This document shows positions 1 through 10,557 of a DNA stretch of 64,000 nucleotides, in pieces; the stretch's first letter is position 1; each line of letters begins with the position of its first letter. The stretch is from Spirochaetota bacterium. Its GTDB lineage: Bacteria; Spirochaetota; UBA6919; CBDBPB01. The DNA is taken from contig CBDBPB010000007.1 in the NCBI GenBank assembly GCA_965208615.1, positions 352,001 through 416,000 of the forward strand, given 5' to 3'. The notes beneath the pieces were generated by a model. That model saw nothing but the letters and a program-made list of their open reading frames with translations. It was not told where the DNA came from and did not search any database. A program made the position numbers and the translations under genes.

Positions 1-347
1 GATACGCTTTTATTACCATGTTTAGCTATTTTAACCCCGCCTCCGGCTGCTACTATTGCACTCACAGTTGATATATTAAAAGTATTAGCTCCATCACCCC
101 CTGTTCCGCAGGTATCAACTATGGTAATTCCATCATCTATTGGGATTTTACTAGACTTATCCCTCATAACCTTTGCAGCACCAACTATTTCATTTATTGA
201 TTCTCCTTTCATTCTCAGAGCTGTAATAAAGCTTGCAACTTGTGCATTAGTAGTTTTACCTTCCATAATTAGGGTTATTACGTCTATCATTTCTTTTTCT
301 GTTAATGAAGAACCCTCAACAACCTTTTTAATTGCTTCTTTTATCAT
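1..347 (-). CDS. trpD: Anthranilate phosphoribosyltransferase, N-terminal part (runs off window start)
   Basis: Not in the ORF track. Manual translation from the ATG at 347 gives [12 protein letters not shown]...[13 protein letters not shown]...[17 protein letters not shown]...[11 protein letters not shown], the TrpD signature motifs. Confidence 0.95.
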   Translation of the reverse strand, partial: MIKEAIKKVVEGSSLTEKEMIDVITLIMEGKTTNAQVASFITALRMKGESINEIVGAAKVMRDKSSKIPIDDGITIVDTCGTGGDGANTFNISTVSAIVAAGGGVKIAKHGNKSV

Positions 348-530
348 GATTGGCTAGTCCGTTTTTAATTTGTTTTTTTAATATTGGATAAGGAAATACT
401 ATTATTTTATACCAGAATAAAAGCTAATTAATTTTATTAAATAGAACAATAAATTACAACTAAAAAAAATCTTTACTTTGATTAAAATAGTTTTTATCTA
501 TATTTTAATGTAGTTATAAAGGACACAACA

Positions 531-1328
531 ATGAATGAACCTATTGGTATATTTGACTCCGGTGTAGGGGGATTAAGTATATTAAGGGCTATTATTGATG
601 AGCTTCCGAATGAGAATATTGTTTATTTTGCAGATAGTGATAGATGTCCTTATGGACTAAGGTCAGAAGGGGATATAAAAGGGATTACTAAATCTATTAC
701 CAACTATTTATTGAAAAATTATAACGTTAAACTTGTGGTATTAGCTTGTAATACTGCTACTGTAGCCAGTATTGACTATTTAAGAGAAGAGTTTTCTCAG
801 TTATCATTTGTGGGAGTAGTTCCTGTAATTAAGCCGGCAAGTTTATTGTCAAAAAAAAAGGTCATAGGCTGTCTTGCTACCGATACTACCGTTAATAGCA
901 AGGCTCAGGCAGAACTTATATATAATTTTGCTGAAAACGTAAAAGTGTATAACGTTGCCTGTCATGGTCTTGTTGAGCTTATAGAAAACGGACTTTTAAA
1001 TTCTAACCTAACAAAAAATAAGCTAATGGAATATATTTATCCCTTAGTCAAAAAGGATATTGATGTTTTAGCTTTGGGTTGTACTCATTACCCTTTGCTA
1101 AAAGAACAGATAAAGTCTATACTCCACAAAGGGATTACAATATTGGACTCTAGCAAACCAGTTGCTAAACAGGTTAAGAGAGTGCTAACTCAAAAAAAGC
1201 TTTTAAACTTGTTTAAGAGTCCTAAATATAATTTTTTAGTAAATGGTAATACAGATAATTTTACTAAGGTAGCTAGGGTAGTATTAAATGGACATTTTTT
1301 AAATGTCAGTCGGGTTACAATAGTTTAA
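531..1328 (+). CDS. murI: Glutamate racemase
   Basis: IGIFDSGVGGLS, LACNTAT and LGCTHYP motifs. Confidence 0.97.
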   Translation: MNEPIGIFDSGVGGLSILRAIIDELPNENIVYFADSDRCPYGLRSEGDIKGITKSITNYLLKNYNVKLVVLACNTATVASIDYLREEFSQLSFVGVVPVIKPASLLSKKKVIGCLATDTTVNSKAQAELIYNFAENVKVYNVACHGLVELIENGLLNSNLTKNKLMEYIYPLVKKDIDVLALGCTHYPLLKEQIKSILHKGITILDSSKPVAKQVKRVLTQKKLLNLFKSPKYNFLVNGNTDNFTKVARVVLNGHFLNVSRVTIV

Positions 1329-1347
1329 CTTCTTAATAGAGAGTTAT

Positions 1348-1971
1348 ATGTTGTTAGAGAGCTTGTTTAGTGGGTTTTATTTTATTACAGATAATAGGCT
1401 AAGTTTTAACGGAAATGTCAAGGATGTTGAACAGGCATTAGAAGCCGGTGTTAGGCTAGTACAGTTTAGAGAGAAGATTAGGCATATTAATGATTTTTAT
1501 ACTGAATTGATTAAGATTAAATATTTGTGTAAAAATTATAAAGCTTTGCTAATAATAAATGATAATATAGAGCTTGCAAAGTATATAGATGCTGATGGTG
1601 TTCATCTTGGTCAGGGTGATAGTCCAATTGCTTATGCGAGAAAGTTATTAGGACATAAAAAAGTTATTGGTTTATCTAGTGCTAACCTTGATCAGGCCTT
1701 ATTAGCTGAGAGAAATGGTGCGGACTATATTGCTGTTGGACATATTTTTAATACTTATACTAAAGTTAAGACTGCTAATCCTGTTGGGATAGACGTTTTG
1801 AAAAATATTAAAAGTAATATATCTATACCTGTGGTGGCTATTGGAGGTATAAACTTAAATAATATTAATTTAGTAGTAGATAGCGGAGTGGATATGATAT
1901 GTGCTATATCCAGCTCTCTTAGTAGTGGTACTGTTAAAGACAATATAAAAAGTTGTTTATCTTTTTTCTAA
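1348..1971 (+). CDS. thiE: Thiamine-phosphate synthase
   Basis: VQFREK, IINDN, ADGVHLGQGD and PVVAIGGI motifs. Confidence 0.95.
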   Translation: MLLESLFSGFYFITDNRLSFNGNVKDVEQALEAGVRLVQFREKIRHINDFYTELIKIKYLCKNYKALLIINDNIELAKYIDADGVHLGQGDSPIAYARKLLGHKKVIGLSSANLDQALLAERNGADYIAVGHIFNTYTKVKTANPVGIDVLKNIKSNISIPVVAIGGINLNNINLVVDSGVDMICAISSSLSSGTVKDNIKSCLSFF

Positions 1972-1976
1972 TAACT

Positions 1977-2309
1977 TTATATATTGGATAGTGCTTGGTA
2001 TATTTTATTTAGGTCTGCTTTAGTGTTATTGACAACAATACCGATATTTTCTATTACACAAAGGGATAGTTCATTACCCATCATGGCAAATCCTGTTAGA
2101 TCGTTTTCAAAGCCTTTTATTGAGGTAAGCTCTGTAAATAATCGACTTTCTAGTTTAGCCATTTTCATATTGGAGGCAAACATATCAGACAGCGTACTGG
2201 CAATTTCTTTAGATATATTACCTTCATAGGATATCATTTCACCACTATTTTCGAATTCGATAGCCGCTATAGTACCATCTAGGTTCATAATTTTTTTTAG
2301 GTTTGACAT
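1977..2309 (-). CDS. Small hypothetical protein, DUF2173/roadblock-like
   Basis: 110 aa with SD (AAGGAG). The pattern LKKIMNLDGTIAAIEF...GFAMMG..LSLCVIENIGIVV resembles DUF2173 from memory. Confidence 0.6.
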   Translation of the reverse strand: MSNLKKIMNLDGTIAAIEFENSGEMISYEGNISKEIASTLSDMFASNMKMAKLESRLFTELTSIKGFENDLTGFAMMGNELSLCVIENIGIVVNNTKADLNKIYQALSNI

Positions 2310-2330
2310 ATATAAGCTCCTTTTAGTTAT

Positions 2331-2687
2331 TTACTTTTCTATAGGGAATCCTAACTTATTCCAGTCTATCATACCCCCTATCATATTCTTAGTACTAAAT
2401 CCGCTTTGGTTAAGTATTCTGCATGCCTCAGCACTTCTTTGTCCTGATCTGCATACAATTATGAGTTTTTTATCTTTGTATTTTTCTATACTTTCTTTAT
2501 GATGCCATAGGTTTTGCAGGGGTAATAAAATAGAGTTTTTTATATGCCCTAACTTACTAATGTATTCTTGATGTGTTCTAACATCGATTATGATGATATT
2601 TTTATCTTTTTTGTCAATGAGTTTTTTAACTTGATTCGCAGTGATTTCATCGACTGAATCTCGTTTTAAGAATTGTTTAAAAAGCAT
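2331..2687 (-). CDS. Rhodanese-like domain protein
   Basis: IIDVRTHQEY, GHIKNS, active-site CRSGQRS and GGMIDW motifs. Confidence 0.92.
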   Translation of the reverse strand: MLFKQFLKRDSVDEITANQVKKLIDKKDKNIIIIDVRTHQEYISKLGHIKNSILLPLQNLWHHKESIEKYKDKKLIIVCRSGQRSAEACRILNQSGFSTKNMIGGMIDWNKLGFPIEK

Positions 2688-2884
2688 ATATATTTCTCCT
2701 TAGTTTTAAAGATTAGCTTTTTGCAAAATGCTTTATTACATTTTATAATATGTGAGCAAAAATAATTTAAGTAATTAAAATGTCAATATTATTTATAAGT
2801 GTATTCTTTTTTTGTGATTGGATAACTAATGTATTATAAATTAATAATAGTGAAAATTAATAGTTTAGAAAAGTCTATTTTTTA

Positions 2885-4171
2885 GTGTTTATTTTTATTA
2901 TGGCTGAAGTTATGAATAAAATCTTAATTATAGAAGATGATCCATTTTATACCCGTTTATATCATAAAATACTAAACGCAAATAAATATGAACTTTTGGA
3001 TGCCAAAAATGGCGAAGATGGTATATATATTGCACTTAATGAAAGGCCTCATTTAATTCTTATGGATTGGTTTATGCCTAGAGTAGATGGCTTAACTGCC
3101 GCTAGTTATATTAAGTCTGAGTTAAAGGATTGTTTTATTTTTATGATGATGGTTACTGGGCAGAGTGGGAATGCTTCTAAGATTTTATCCCTTGAGTTTT
3201 TTGATGATTATCTTGAAAAGCCTTTTGACCCCGGAATATTTCTTGCTAAGGTAGAGAGGGGTATGCGTATTGTTACATATTTTAAGAGAATTGAAATGCT
3301 TTATAAGCATATAAAAGAGCTTAGTGATGAAAAACAGAGTCTTATTAATGAAATAGAAAAGGGAAAGACTGATCTTGAAAAAAGGGTTATTGAGAGAACT
3401 AATGAACTAGATCAAAAAAACCAATTACTTATAAATCAAAATGAGAAAATAATACAGGACATTAAAATTGCTGGAAAGTTACAGCATATTCTTGTACCTC
3501 AAATACCGCCTGCATTAGATAACTATGAAATATTTTGTCGTTATATGCCCATGGAGACCATAGGTGGTGACTTTTATGATTTTATTAGTATGAGAGAGAA
3601 TAAAATAGCTATTATTTTAGGGGATGTATCTGGTCATGGAATAGCTGCGGCATTTATTACTTCTATGGTTAAGAGTATAATAGCTAATAACAGAAAGTAC
3701 TTAGCTGATCCTAAGATATTTTTATATAATCTTAATAATAGTCTTGTTAATAAGATGTTTAGTAATTTTATAACGATTTTTTATATGGTTCTTAGTCTTG
3801 ATGGTCGTTTATTATGGTTTGCATCTGCTGGTCATCCGCCTCCGTTGGTTTATCGCGGAGATAGTGGTATTATAGAGGAGCTTAAAGCAGAGGGAACTAT
3901 CATTGGAGCTATTGAGAATATGGAATATGGAGAGAGAGAGTTTCCAATTAGGTCGGGGGATAAAATATTATTGTATACCGATGGTTTATTAGAGGTATTT
4001 GACGAAAATAAGAAAATGTTTGATTTTGATCAGTTAAAGGTTAACTTTAAAAATCTGATAGAGTTAAATGGAAAGGACATTATTAATAATCTTGTTAATC
4101 TTGCTAAAGACTATTCTTTTAACAAAGCCTTTGATGATGATACAACATTAATTTTAATTAATGTAAAATAA
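2885..4171 (+). CDS. Response regulator receiver + coiled coil + SpoIIE/PP2C phosphatase (RsbU-like)
   Basis: KILIIEDD...LMDWFMPRVDG receiver; GGDFYD, DVSGHG, AGHPPP, LYTDGL and DDTT PP2C motifs. Confidence 0.93.
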   Translation: MFIFIMAEVMNKILIIEDDPFYTRLYHKILNANKYELLDAKNGEDGIYIALNERPHLILMDWFMPRVDGLTAASYIKSELKDCFIFMMMVTGQSGNASKILSLEFFDDYLEKPFDPGIFLAKVERGMRIVTYFKRIEMLYKHIKELSDEKQSLINEIEKGKTDLEKRVIERTNELDQKNQLLINQNEKIIQDIKIAGKLQHILVPQIPPALDNYEIFCRYMPMETIGGDFYDFISMRENKIAIILGDVSGHGIAAAFITSMVKSIIANNRKYLADPKIFLYNLNNSLVNKMFSNFITIFYMVLSLDGRLLWFASAGHPPPLVYRGDSGIIEELKAEGTIIGAIENMEYGEREFPIRSGDKILLYTDGLLEVFDENKKMFDFDQLKVNFKNLIELNGKDIINNLVNLAKDYSFNKAFDDDTTLILINVK

Positions 4172-4265
4172 GCGTTCTTATAATTCTTTTAAAGATGTTA
4201 TATTTATAACTATACAAAGCCCTTAACTTTTAAAGAGGTTATTTTGATATAAATAATCAGCCGGC

Positions 4266-4592
4266 TTAAAAGTAATATTTTAATACAGAACTTTTATAGA
4301 TGTGTACTTCAGTTTTGTTTTGGCTAAGGACTATTTGAAATTTAGTTATTTCTTTAAGATTTCCTTTTTCTTCGCTTCCGTCAACTAGTTTTAAGGTCAT
4401 TATTTTGTCTTTGTATTTTTCTAAAATACTTTCTTCGTGTTCGGCAATATTTAGAATGCGTCCTAATTGTTTTTTAATATTTTTAATTTCTCTTTTTATT
4501 TCTTCAAGCTCTTTGTAATTAATACTACTACTTCGTACACTTCCTAGTCCTTTTGGTTTAATGTGAATTTTTCCCCTTCCTTCTCCATCCAT
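4266..4592 (-). CDS. Hypothetical protein: coiled coil + C-terminal Sm/Hfq-like domain
   Basis: C-terminal TLKLVDGSEEKGNLKEITKFQIVL...VHIYKSSV resembles the Sm1/Sm2 motifs of Hfq. Confidence 0.55.
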   Translation of the reverse strand: MDGEGRGKIHIKPKGLGSVRSSSINYKELEEIKREIKNIKKQLGRILNIAEHEESILEKYKDKIMTLKLVDGSEEKGNLKEITKFQIVLSQNKTEVHIYKSSVLKYYF

Positions 4593-4959
4593 CAGTTATA
4601 CCCCTGAATAAAAGTTATCATTGACCGTAATTATAAATATTTAGGTTACTTATCTTATTAACTTTTCTAGTTTGCATAAGCATTAAATACACTAATGTTA
4701 TATATCGTATAATTTTAAGTTTCATTTAACTATTTATAATAAAATGATTTTAATTCCCCAACCGTTTATCTATAACTACTTATAGTTAAAGATATTTATC
4801 TATGAAAGCACATTATTTTTGATATTTAAATAAGTCATTGAAAACTATTAAAATTTAGTTATATTTAACTATCTGTTAAGTTAATGTCTTAATGGGTAGT
4901 TAGTTAATATAATTTTTATAATAAAAGAATATAATAGTCGGATAACTTATTGGTGTAAA

Positions 4960-6399
4960 ATGATTATGGATATTACAGAGCTTAATATTGATGAGTTAAA
5001 AAACAAGTTACTCAATAAAGAGTTTAGCGTTACGGAGTTGGTCAATAAATATTTAGCTAAGATTAAGGCCGATAATACTTCTAATAAGCCTCTTAATGCT
5101 ATTACCCACGTTATGGAGAATGAGGCTTTAAATATGGCTAAAGAGGCGGATAGCCTTATTGATAAGGGTAAGGACTTACAATTATTAGGTATACCTATTA
5201 TAATTAAGGATAACATAAACATTAAGGGACAGCAAACCACTTGTGCATCTGCTATTTTAAAGGGTTATAAGGCTAGTTTTGATGCTGGAGTTATTAAAAG
5301 GCTTAAAAAGGCTGGAGCTATTTTTTTAGCTAAGAGTAATATGGATGAGTTTGCTATGGGATCCTCATCTGAACACAGCATTTATGGGGCTGTTAGGAAT
5401 TATAAAGATAGGGATTGTATTGCTGGAGGGAGTAGTGGTGGATCAGCTAGTGCTATATCTGCTAAATTTGCTCCTATTGCTCTTGGATCAGATACTGGGG
5501 GTTCTATACGTCAGCCAGCATCTTTGTGTGGTGTTGTGGGGTTAAAGCCTACTTATGGCAGGGTATCTAGGTTTGGTTTGGTATCTTATTCGTCATCTTT
5601 GGATCAGATTGGTGTTTTTTCTAATTGTGTTAGGGATTCTGCATTACTTTTAGCTGTTATAAGCGGACATGATAATAATGACTCTACTTCTGTTGATGTA
5701 GATGTGCCTAATTATTTAGATGCTATAGATAAAGATATTACTGATATGCGTATTGGCATACCTAAAGAGTATTTTTCTCAAGATTTAAATCCTAATATAA
5801 AGGATTGTGTTTATAGGGCGGTAGATAGGCTATCCGACTTAGGCTGTAAGATAGTTAATATTTCCCTGCCTCATACTGAATATGGTATACCAGCTTATTA
5901 TTTAATAGCTACATCAGAAGCGAGTTCTAACTTGAGTCGTTTTGATGGTATTCGTTATGGTCGGCGTAGTGAGGGTAGTGATTTATTGGATACCTTTTTT
6001 AAGAGTCGTAGTGAGGGTTTTGCTAGTGAGGTAAAACGCAGGATTATTTTAGGAACTTATGCCTTATCCAGTGGATATTATGACGCATACTATTTAAAGG
6101 CTCAAAAGGTACGCACTCTAATAAAAAGGGATTTTGTTAATGCTTTTAATGATGTGGATGTTATTATTAGTCCTACATCGCCTACTACTGCGATTAAGAT
6201 TGGGGAAAAGGTTAATAATCCTTTGGATATGTATTTAATGGATATATTCACGGTAAACGTTAATTTAGCTGGTTTACCTGGTATATCAATCCCATTTGGC
6301 GAGGATGATAGCGGTTTACCTATTGGAGTACAGTTAATTGGTAATTACTTTAAGGAAAAGACTATTTTGAATACTGCATATCATCTTGAGAATAGATAA
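4960..6399 (+). CDS. gatA: Asp/Glu-tRNA amidotransferase subunit A
   Basis: IKDNI, NMDEFAMGSS, GGSSGGSA, GSDTGGSIRQPA and EVKRRIILGTYALSSGYYDAYY motifs. Confidence 0.97.
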   Translation: MIMDITELNIDELKNKLLNKEFSVTELVNKYLAKIKADNTSNKPLNAITHVMENEALNMAKEADSLIDKGKDLQLLGIPIIIKDNINIKGQQTTCASAILKGYKASFDAGVIKRLKKAGAIFLAKSNMDEFAMGSSSEHSIYGAVRNYKDRDCIAGGSSGGSASAISAKFAPIALGSDTGGSIRQPASLCGVVGLKPTYGRVSRFGLVSYSSSLDQIGVFSNCVRDSALLLAVISGHDNNDSTSVDVDVPNYLDAIDKDITDMRIGIPKEYFSQDLNPNIKDCVYRAVDRLSDLGCKIVNISLPHTEYGIPAYYLIATSEASSNLSRFDGIRYGRRSEGSDLLDTFFKSRSEGFASEVKRRIILGTYALSSGYYDAYYLKAQKVRTLIKRDFVNAFNDVDVIISPTSPTTAIKIGEKVNNPLDMYLMDIFTVNVNLAGLPGISIPFGEDDSGLPIGVQLIGNYFKEKTILNTAYHLENR

Positions 6400-6418
6400 G
6401 AGTTTAATGGAGGTTTTT

Positions 6419-7360
6419 ATGAGGTATATAATTATTCTACTTTTGACTGTTAGTATAGGTTGTGGTAAGAAGTTACCCAAGTCTGTTAAGGATAAACAGG
6501 CTATTAAAAAAGATATAGCTAAACCTGTTACTCTTAAAAAGGGTGAGTCTTTGGCTTTAGCTGTTAAGAATCCTGATTTATTCCCTGAGTATAATGTTAA
6601 GGTTTATGAATATCTTAATCAGGATAGTCTTTTTAAGAAGATAAACGGTGCCGCTGATGGATATATAAGTAATCACGGCTTTGTTGGTTGTGGATATGTT
6701 GAGTTAAAGCATAAATTAGAGGATATAACCCTTATATTATGGGTATATGACATGGATAGGGCTATTAATGCTTTTGGGATATACTCTAGTGAGTTAAATC
6801 AAAAGGCTAACTTTATTAACGTGGGTACAGAAGGATATTTAACTGATCAGGGTATTGTTTTTTGGAAGAATAAATACTATATAAAGATTGACTTGCAGTC
6901 TGACAAAGATAAAGCTATTATAATCTCATTGGCTAAGGCTATTAATAAAATTATACATAGTGACTCTGATGTTCTTAAAAAGTTTGATATATTCCCAAAA
7001 GAAAATAGAGTTGATCATGGAGAGCGTTTTTATTATGGTAATTTTGGTGGTCAGTCATATTTTAGGGATGTGTATGAGGTTAAATATAAGTCTGGTAAAG
7101 TTGGTTCACCAGATAAGATATTTCTAACTTTTGTTAAGGATATAAAGGCGAAGGAGATTTTAAGAAAGTATAAGGATTATCTTAGCAGTGAGTTAACTGG
7201 TATAAAGTCTATTGGTAAAGGTTTTTATGCAATAGACAAGTTAGAGGATAAGCCGATTTTATTGTCTATTGGCAGTAACCATTTAATTGGGATATTAGGT
7301 TTTTCTAATTTGGATAATCAAAAGAAGGTTTTAAGGCGGATAATTAAAAATATTAATTAA
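6419..7360 (+). CDS. Putative lipoprotein (DUF6599-like)
   Basis: ATG 6419 follows GGAGG; lipobox-like VSIGC; LFKKINGAADGY and AFGIYS motifs. Confidence 0.65.
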   Translation: MRYIIILLLTVSIGCGKKLPKSVKDKQAIKKDIAKPVTLKKGESLALAVKNPDLFPEYNVKVYEYLNQDSLFKKINGAADGYISNHGFVGCGYVELKHKLEDITLILWVYDMDRAINAFGIYSSELNQKANFINVGTEGYLTDQGIVFWKNKYYIKIDLQSDKDKAIIISLAKAINKIIHSDSDVLKKFDIFPKENRVDHGERFYYGNFGGQSYFRDVYEVKYKSGKVGSPDKIFLTFVKDIKAKEILRKYKDYLSSELTGIKSIGKGFYAIDKLEDKPILLSIGSNHLIGILGFSNLDNQKKVLRRIIKNIN

Positions 7361-8367
7361 CAGATTCTTGGTAGTTGGTTACCAGTTGGCATATCCACTA
7401 TACGATTAACACCCAATGATGTTTTCATTGTAACAATACCAGGGTGTTTGCTAACCACCTCTCCTATAATGGCTGAGTTTATACCTAATTCATTTTCTTT
7501 CATAGTCTGTAAAACAGTTTCGGCATATTTATCTGGTACAACGGCTATTAATTTACCTTCGTTTGCAACGTATAGAGGATCAATGCCTAATATTTCACAT
7601 GCACCTTTTACATTAGGTTTTATGGCTAGTTTATCATAATATATATTTATTCCTAAATTGGCTTGTATAGCAAACTCATTAAGGCTAGTAGCCACACCTC
7701 CTCTTGTGGGATCCCTTAGAGCATGTATTTGGCTGTTAGATTTTAGCATATCTTTTACCAAAAGGTTAAGGGGAGCTGTATCGCTTAGTATATTGCTTTC
7801 AAATGATAAATTATTCCTTGTAGTCATTATTGACATTCCGTGATCAGCTATGGTGCCTGATATAATAATCTTATCCCCAACACTAATTTGACGAGGATTA
7901 ATATTAATATTATCCTCTATAACGCCAATACCACTGGTATTTATAAAGATTTTATCACATGATCCTTTGTTAACTACTTTGGTATCACCAGTTACTATTT
8001 GTATATTGGCACGCTTAGCGGCACTTGACATGGATAATACGATTTTTTTTAAATCATTAATATTTAATCCTTCTTCAAGGATAAATGATACGCTAAGATA
8101 GCTAGGCATAGCTCCACACATAGATAGATCATTTACTGTACCATATACAGCTAACTCACCAATATCTCCCCCTGGAAAAAATATTGGATCAACAACAAAA
8201 GAATCTGTTGTAAAGGCAACCCTATTTTGTGGGGTATAAACAATAGCTTGATCATCCATACGGTTTAGTATGTTATTGTCAAAAGCAGGCTGGAATATAG
8301 TATTTATGAGATTGGCAGATAGTTTACCTCCTGCACCATGGGATAAAAGAATAGTATTATTTGGCAT
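7357..8367 (-). CDS. hypE: Hydrogenase maturation protein HypE
   Basis: HGAGG, TTDSFVVDPIFFPGGDIG, RDPTRGG and ANEG motifs; C-terminal LPRIC. Confidence 0.97.
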   Translation of the reverse strand: MPNNTILLSHGAGGKLSANLINTIFQPAFDNNILNRMDDQAIVYTPQNRVAFTTDSFVVDPIFFPGGDIGELAVYGTVNDLSMCGAMPSYLSVSFILEEGLNINDLKKIVLSMSSAAKRANIQIVTGDTKVVNKGSCDKIFINTSGIGVIEDNININPRQISVGDKIIISGTIADHGMSIMTTRNNLSFESNILSDTAPLNLLVKDMLKSNSQIHALRDPTRGGVATSLNEFAIQANLGINIYYDKLAIKPNVKGACEILGIDPLYVANEGKLIAVVPDKYAETVLQTMKENELGINSAIIGEVVSKHPGIVTMKTSLGVNRIVDMPTGNQLPRIC

Positions 8368-8386
8368 TAATAAGTCCTTTGATTTA

Positions 8387-9187
8387 TTATTTAAAGTTTT
8401 TTAGTATTTTTTGGATGTGTAAAAGTTTATTATTGGCGTCATAATAGTTAGGCATATCATCTTTTAGATGCTTTATACATTTTTGATATAGCGATAAGGC
8501 TTCTTTAAGCTTATTATTTTTTAGGTAGATATCAGCTATTTGTTTTTCGCATAGTGCTATCATATTTTTGTTATTTATTGTCTTAAACTCTTTTAGGCTT
8601 TTATTAAATGATTTAAGTGCATTATCGTTGTTGTCACTGCAGAAATAAATTATTCCTAAGTTATAATTTATTTCTGCCATTTTTTGTATTTCGTTTAGTT
8701 CGTCGAATATCTTATGAGCAAGGTTATAGTGGTTTTTACTATCATTTAGTTTTCTTTCTTCATAAGTCAGAGAGCCTAGGTTAGTATATACAATTGCCTT
8801 CCAATATTGATTTTTATTATCATTTAGTGAAGCCAGACTTTTATTATAATAATTAAGTGCATCAGTTAGCTTAGTCATTTTTTGATATACCACAGCAACA
8901 TCATTATAAGACTCTGATATGTATAGTTCATTTTTTAGTTCTAGTCTTATGGATAGTGCCTTTTTACGAAATTTTAATGCGGATTCATAGTCTTTTTTAA
9001 ATAGATAAACACCTCCTATTGCATTACAGGTTTTACTATAAACAATAAAGTTATTTTGATTTTGTGCTTCTGTTAATATTTTTTGATAATACTTTATGGA
9101 TTTATTATATTCACCTGTTTCAAAGTATGTACGAGCAACTTTTTCAATTGTTACTATATAATTTTTATCTATATTATTTTTATTCAC
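8387..9187 (-). CDS. Tetratricopeptide-repeat protein
   Basis: Repeated YNxLGxxY...ALxYYxKSL TPR pattern. Confidence 0.85.
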   Translation of the reverse strand: MNKNNIDKNYIVTIEKVARTYFETGEYNKSIKYYQKILTEAQNQNNFIVYSKTCNAIGGVYLFKKDYESALKFRKKALSIRLELKNELYISESYNDVAVVYQKMTKLTDALNYYNKSLASLNDNKNQYWKAIVYTNLGSLTYEERKLNDSKNHYNLAHKIFDELNEIQKMAEINYNLGIIYFCSDNNDNALKSFNKSLKEFKTINNKNMIALCEKQIADIYLKNNKLKEALSLYQKCIKHLKDDMPNYYDANNKLLHIQKILKNFK

Positions 9188-9207
9188 AAAGTCTCCGGTT
9201 AAGGTAT

Positions 9208-10350
9208 CTAATTATTAGGTATCTTCATATTATTTAATATTTTATCAGGTTCGATCCAATCAATATTAAAGTTATTTGCGATGTTTTTGTTAACTACCTC
9301 TCCATAGATGGTATTTAGGCCAGTTTTAATATAAGGGTTATTTTCTATGGCTAGTTTAATATTCTTAAGTGCTATTTGTTGGATAAAAGGAAAGCTTGCA
9401 TAGGACAATACATAAGTGGATGTTTTAGCAACAATACTTGGCATATTTGTTACACAATAGTGTATCACGCCATTTTCTATATATATGGGGTTATCATGAT
9501 CGGTTGGACGGCTTGTTTCAAAGGCACCTCCTTGATCAATGGATACGTCAACTAAAACACTTTTTTTATCCATTAGTTTTAGCATATCTCTGGTTATTAG
9601 TATAGGAGGCTTTTCCCCTACTGTGTGTATACCTGATATTACTAGATCAGTAGTTTTTATGCTATTTATTATATTTTCTTTATTGGAGTATAAAAGTTTT
9701 ATATTTTTAACTGGCATAAGCTCGTGGATAGTTCTTAGCCTGTTTAGATCTAAGTCTAACAGTGTAATATTAGCTCTCAATCGGCTGGCAACATAGCATG
9801 CATTTATACCAACAGTACCCCCGCCAAGTATTAACACATTACCTGGGTGAATTTTAGGCATACCACCTAGTAATATTCCTTTACCACCGTTTGTATTTTC
9901 TAAATAGTGCATCCCAATTTGGACTGATAGCTTTCCAGCTATAGCACTCATTTGTGATAGAATAGGTAGTTTATTATCTTCTACTTGGAGGGTCTCATAA
10001 GCTATTGCTATGCACCTAGAGTTTATTATATGTTTTAGGAGGTCAAAATTAGAGGCAAAGTGAAAAAAGGTAAATATAATTTGTTTTTCTCTAATCAGGC
10101 TATATTCTTCTTTTTGAGGTTCTTTAACTTTAATTATTAAGTTTGCTTCGTTGTAAATATCTTTAATATCGCTAATTATACTAGCTCCAGCGTCTATATA
10201 CTCCTGATCATATATATCTGCATTTAGCCCGGCATCTTTTTGAACTAGTACTTTATTACCTTGTTCAACGAGTTTTTTAACATAGAAAGGTATTAAACCC
10301 ACTCTATTTTCAAAAGGCTTTAATTCTTTAGGTACGCCAATAGTTATCAT
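9208..10350 (-). CDS. ald: Alanine dehydrogenase
   Basis: IGVPKELKPFENRVG, KVKEP, GGKGILLGG, VDVSIDQGGAFETSRPT and HYCVTNMP motifs. Confidence 0.96.
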   Translation of the reverse strand: MITIGVPKELKPFENRVGLIPFYVKKLVEQGNKVLVQKDAGLNADIYDQEYIDAGASIISDIKDIYNEANLIIKVKEPQKEEYSLIREKQIIFTFFHFASNFDLLKHIINSRCIAIAYETLQVEDNKLPILSQMSAIAGKLSVQIGMHYLENTNGGKGILLGGMPKIHPGNVLILGGGTVGINACYVASRLRANITLLDLDLNRLRTIHELMPVKNIKLLYSNKENIINSIKTTDLVISGIHTVGEKPPILITRDMLKLMDKKSVLVDVSIDQGGAFETSRPTDHDNPIYIENGVIHYCVTNMPSIVAKTSTYVLSYASFPFIQQIALKNIKLAIENNPYIKTGLNTIYGEVVNKNIANNFNIDWIEPDKILNNMKIPNN

Positions 10351-10405
10351 ATTATATTATATATACTTTTTTCAGTTTATACAAAAGTTTTAGTATATAC
10401 CTAGA

Positions 10406-10434
10406 ATTATATTTACTTTTATTTTACTAGTCAA
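10406..10434 (-). promoter_or_regulatory. sigma70 promoter of ald (TTGACT-N17-TATAAT)
   Basis: Minus strand reads TTGACT agtaaaataaaagtaaa TATAAT, about 55 nt upstream of the ald ATG. Confidence 0.75.
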
Positions 10435-10557
10435 CTTTGATTTTAAAAGATTAACTAGATTAGCTTTTTTTATTGTACTATGTTAATTTTTCCTATTTTG
10501 ATTAGCTTTAATATATTAATCGGCAAAATAATACCCTAATAATTAGGGAGGTGTTTA

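Noticed and set aside
121-357. 78-aa plus-strand ORF and the other short ORFs nested within long genes
   Set aside because: This one is the antisense shadow of trpD; the others lie within well-supported genes and lack motifs.
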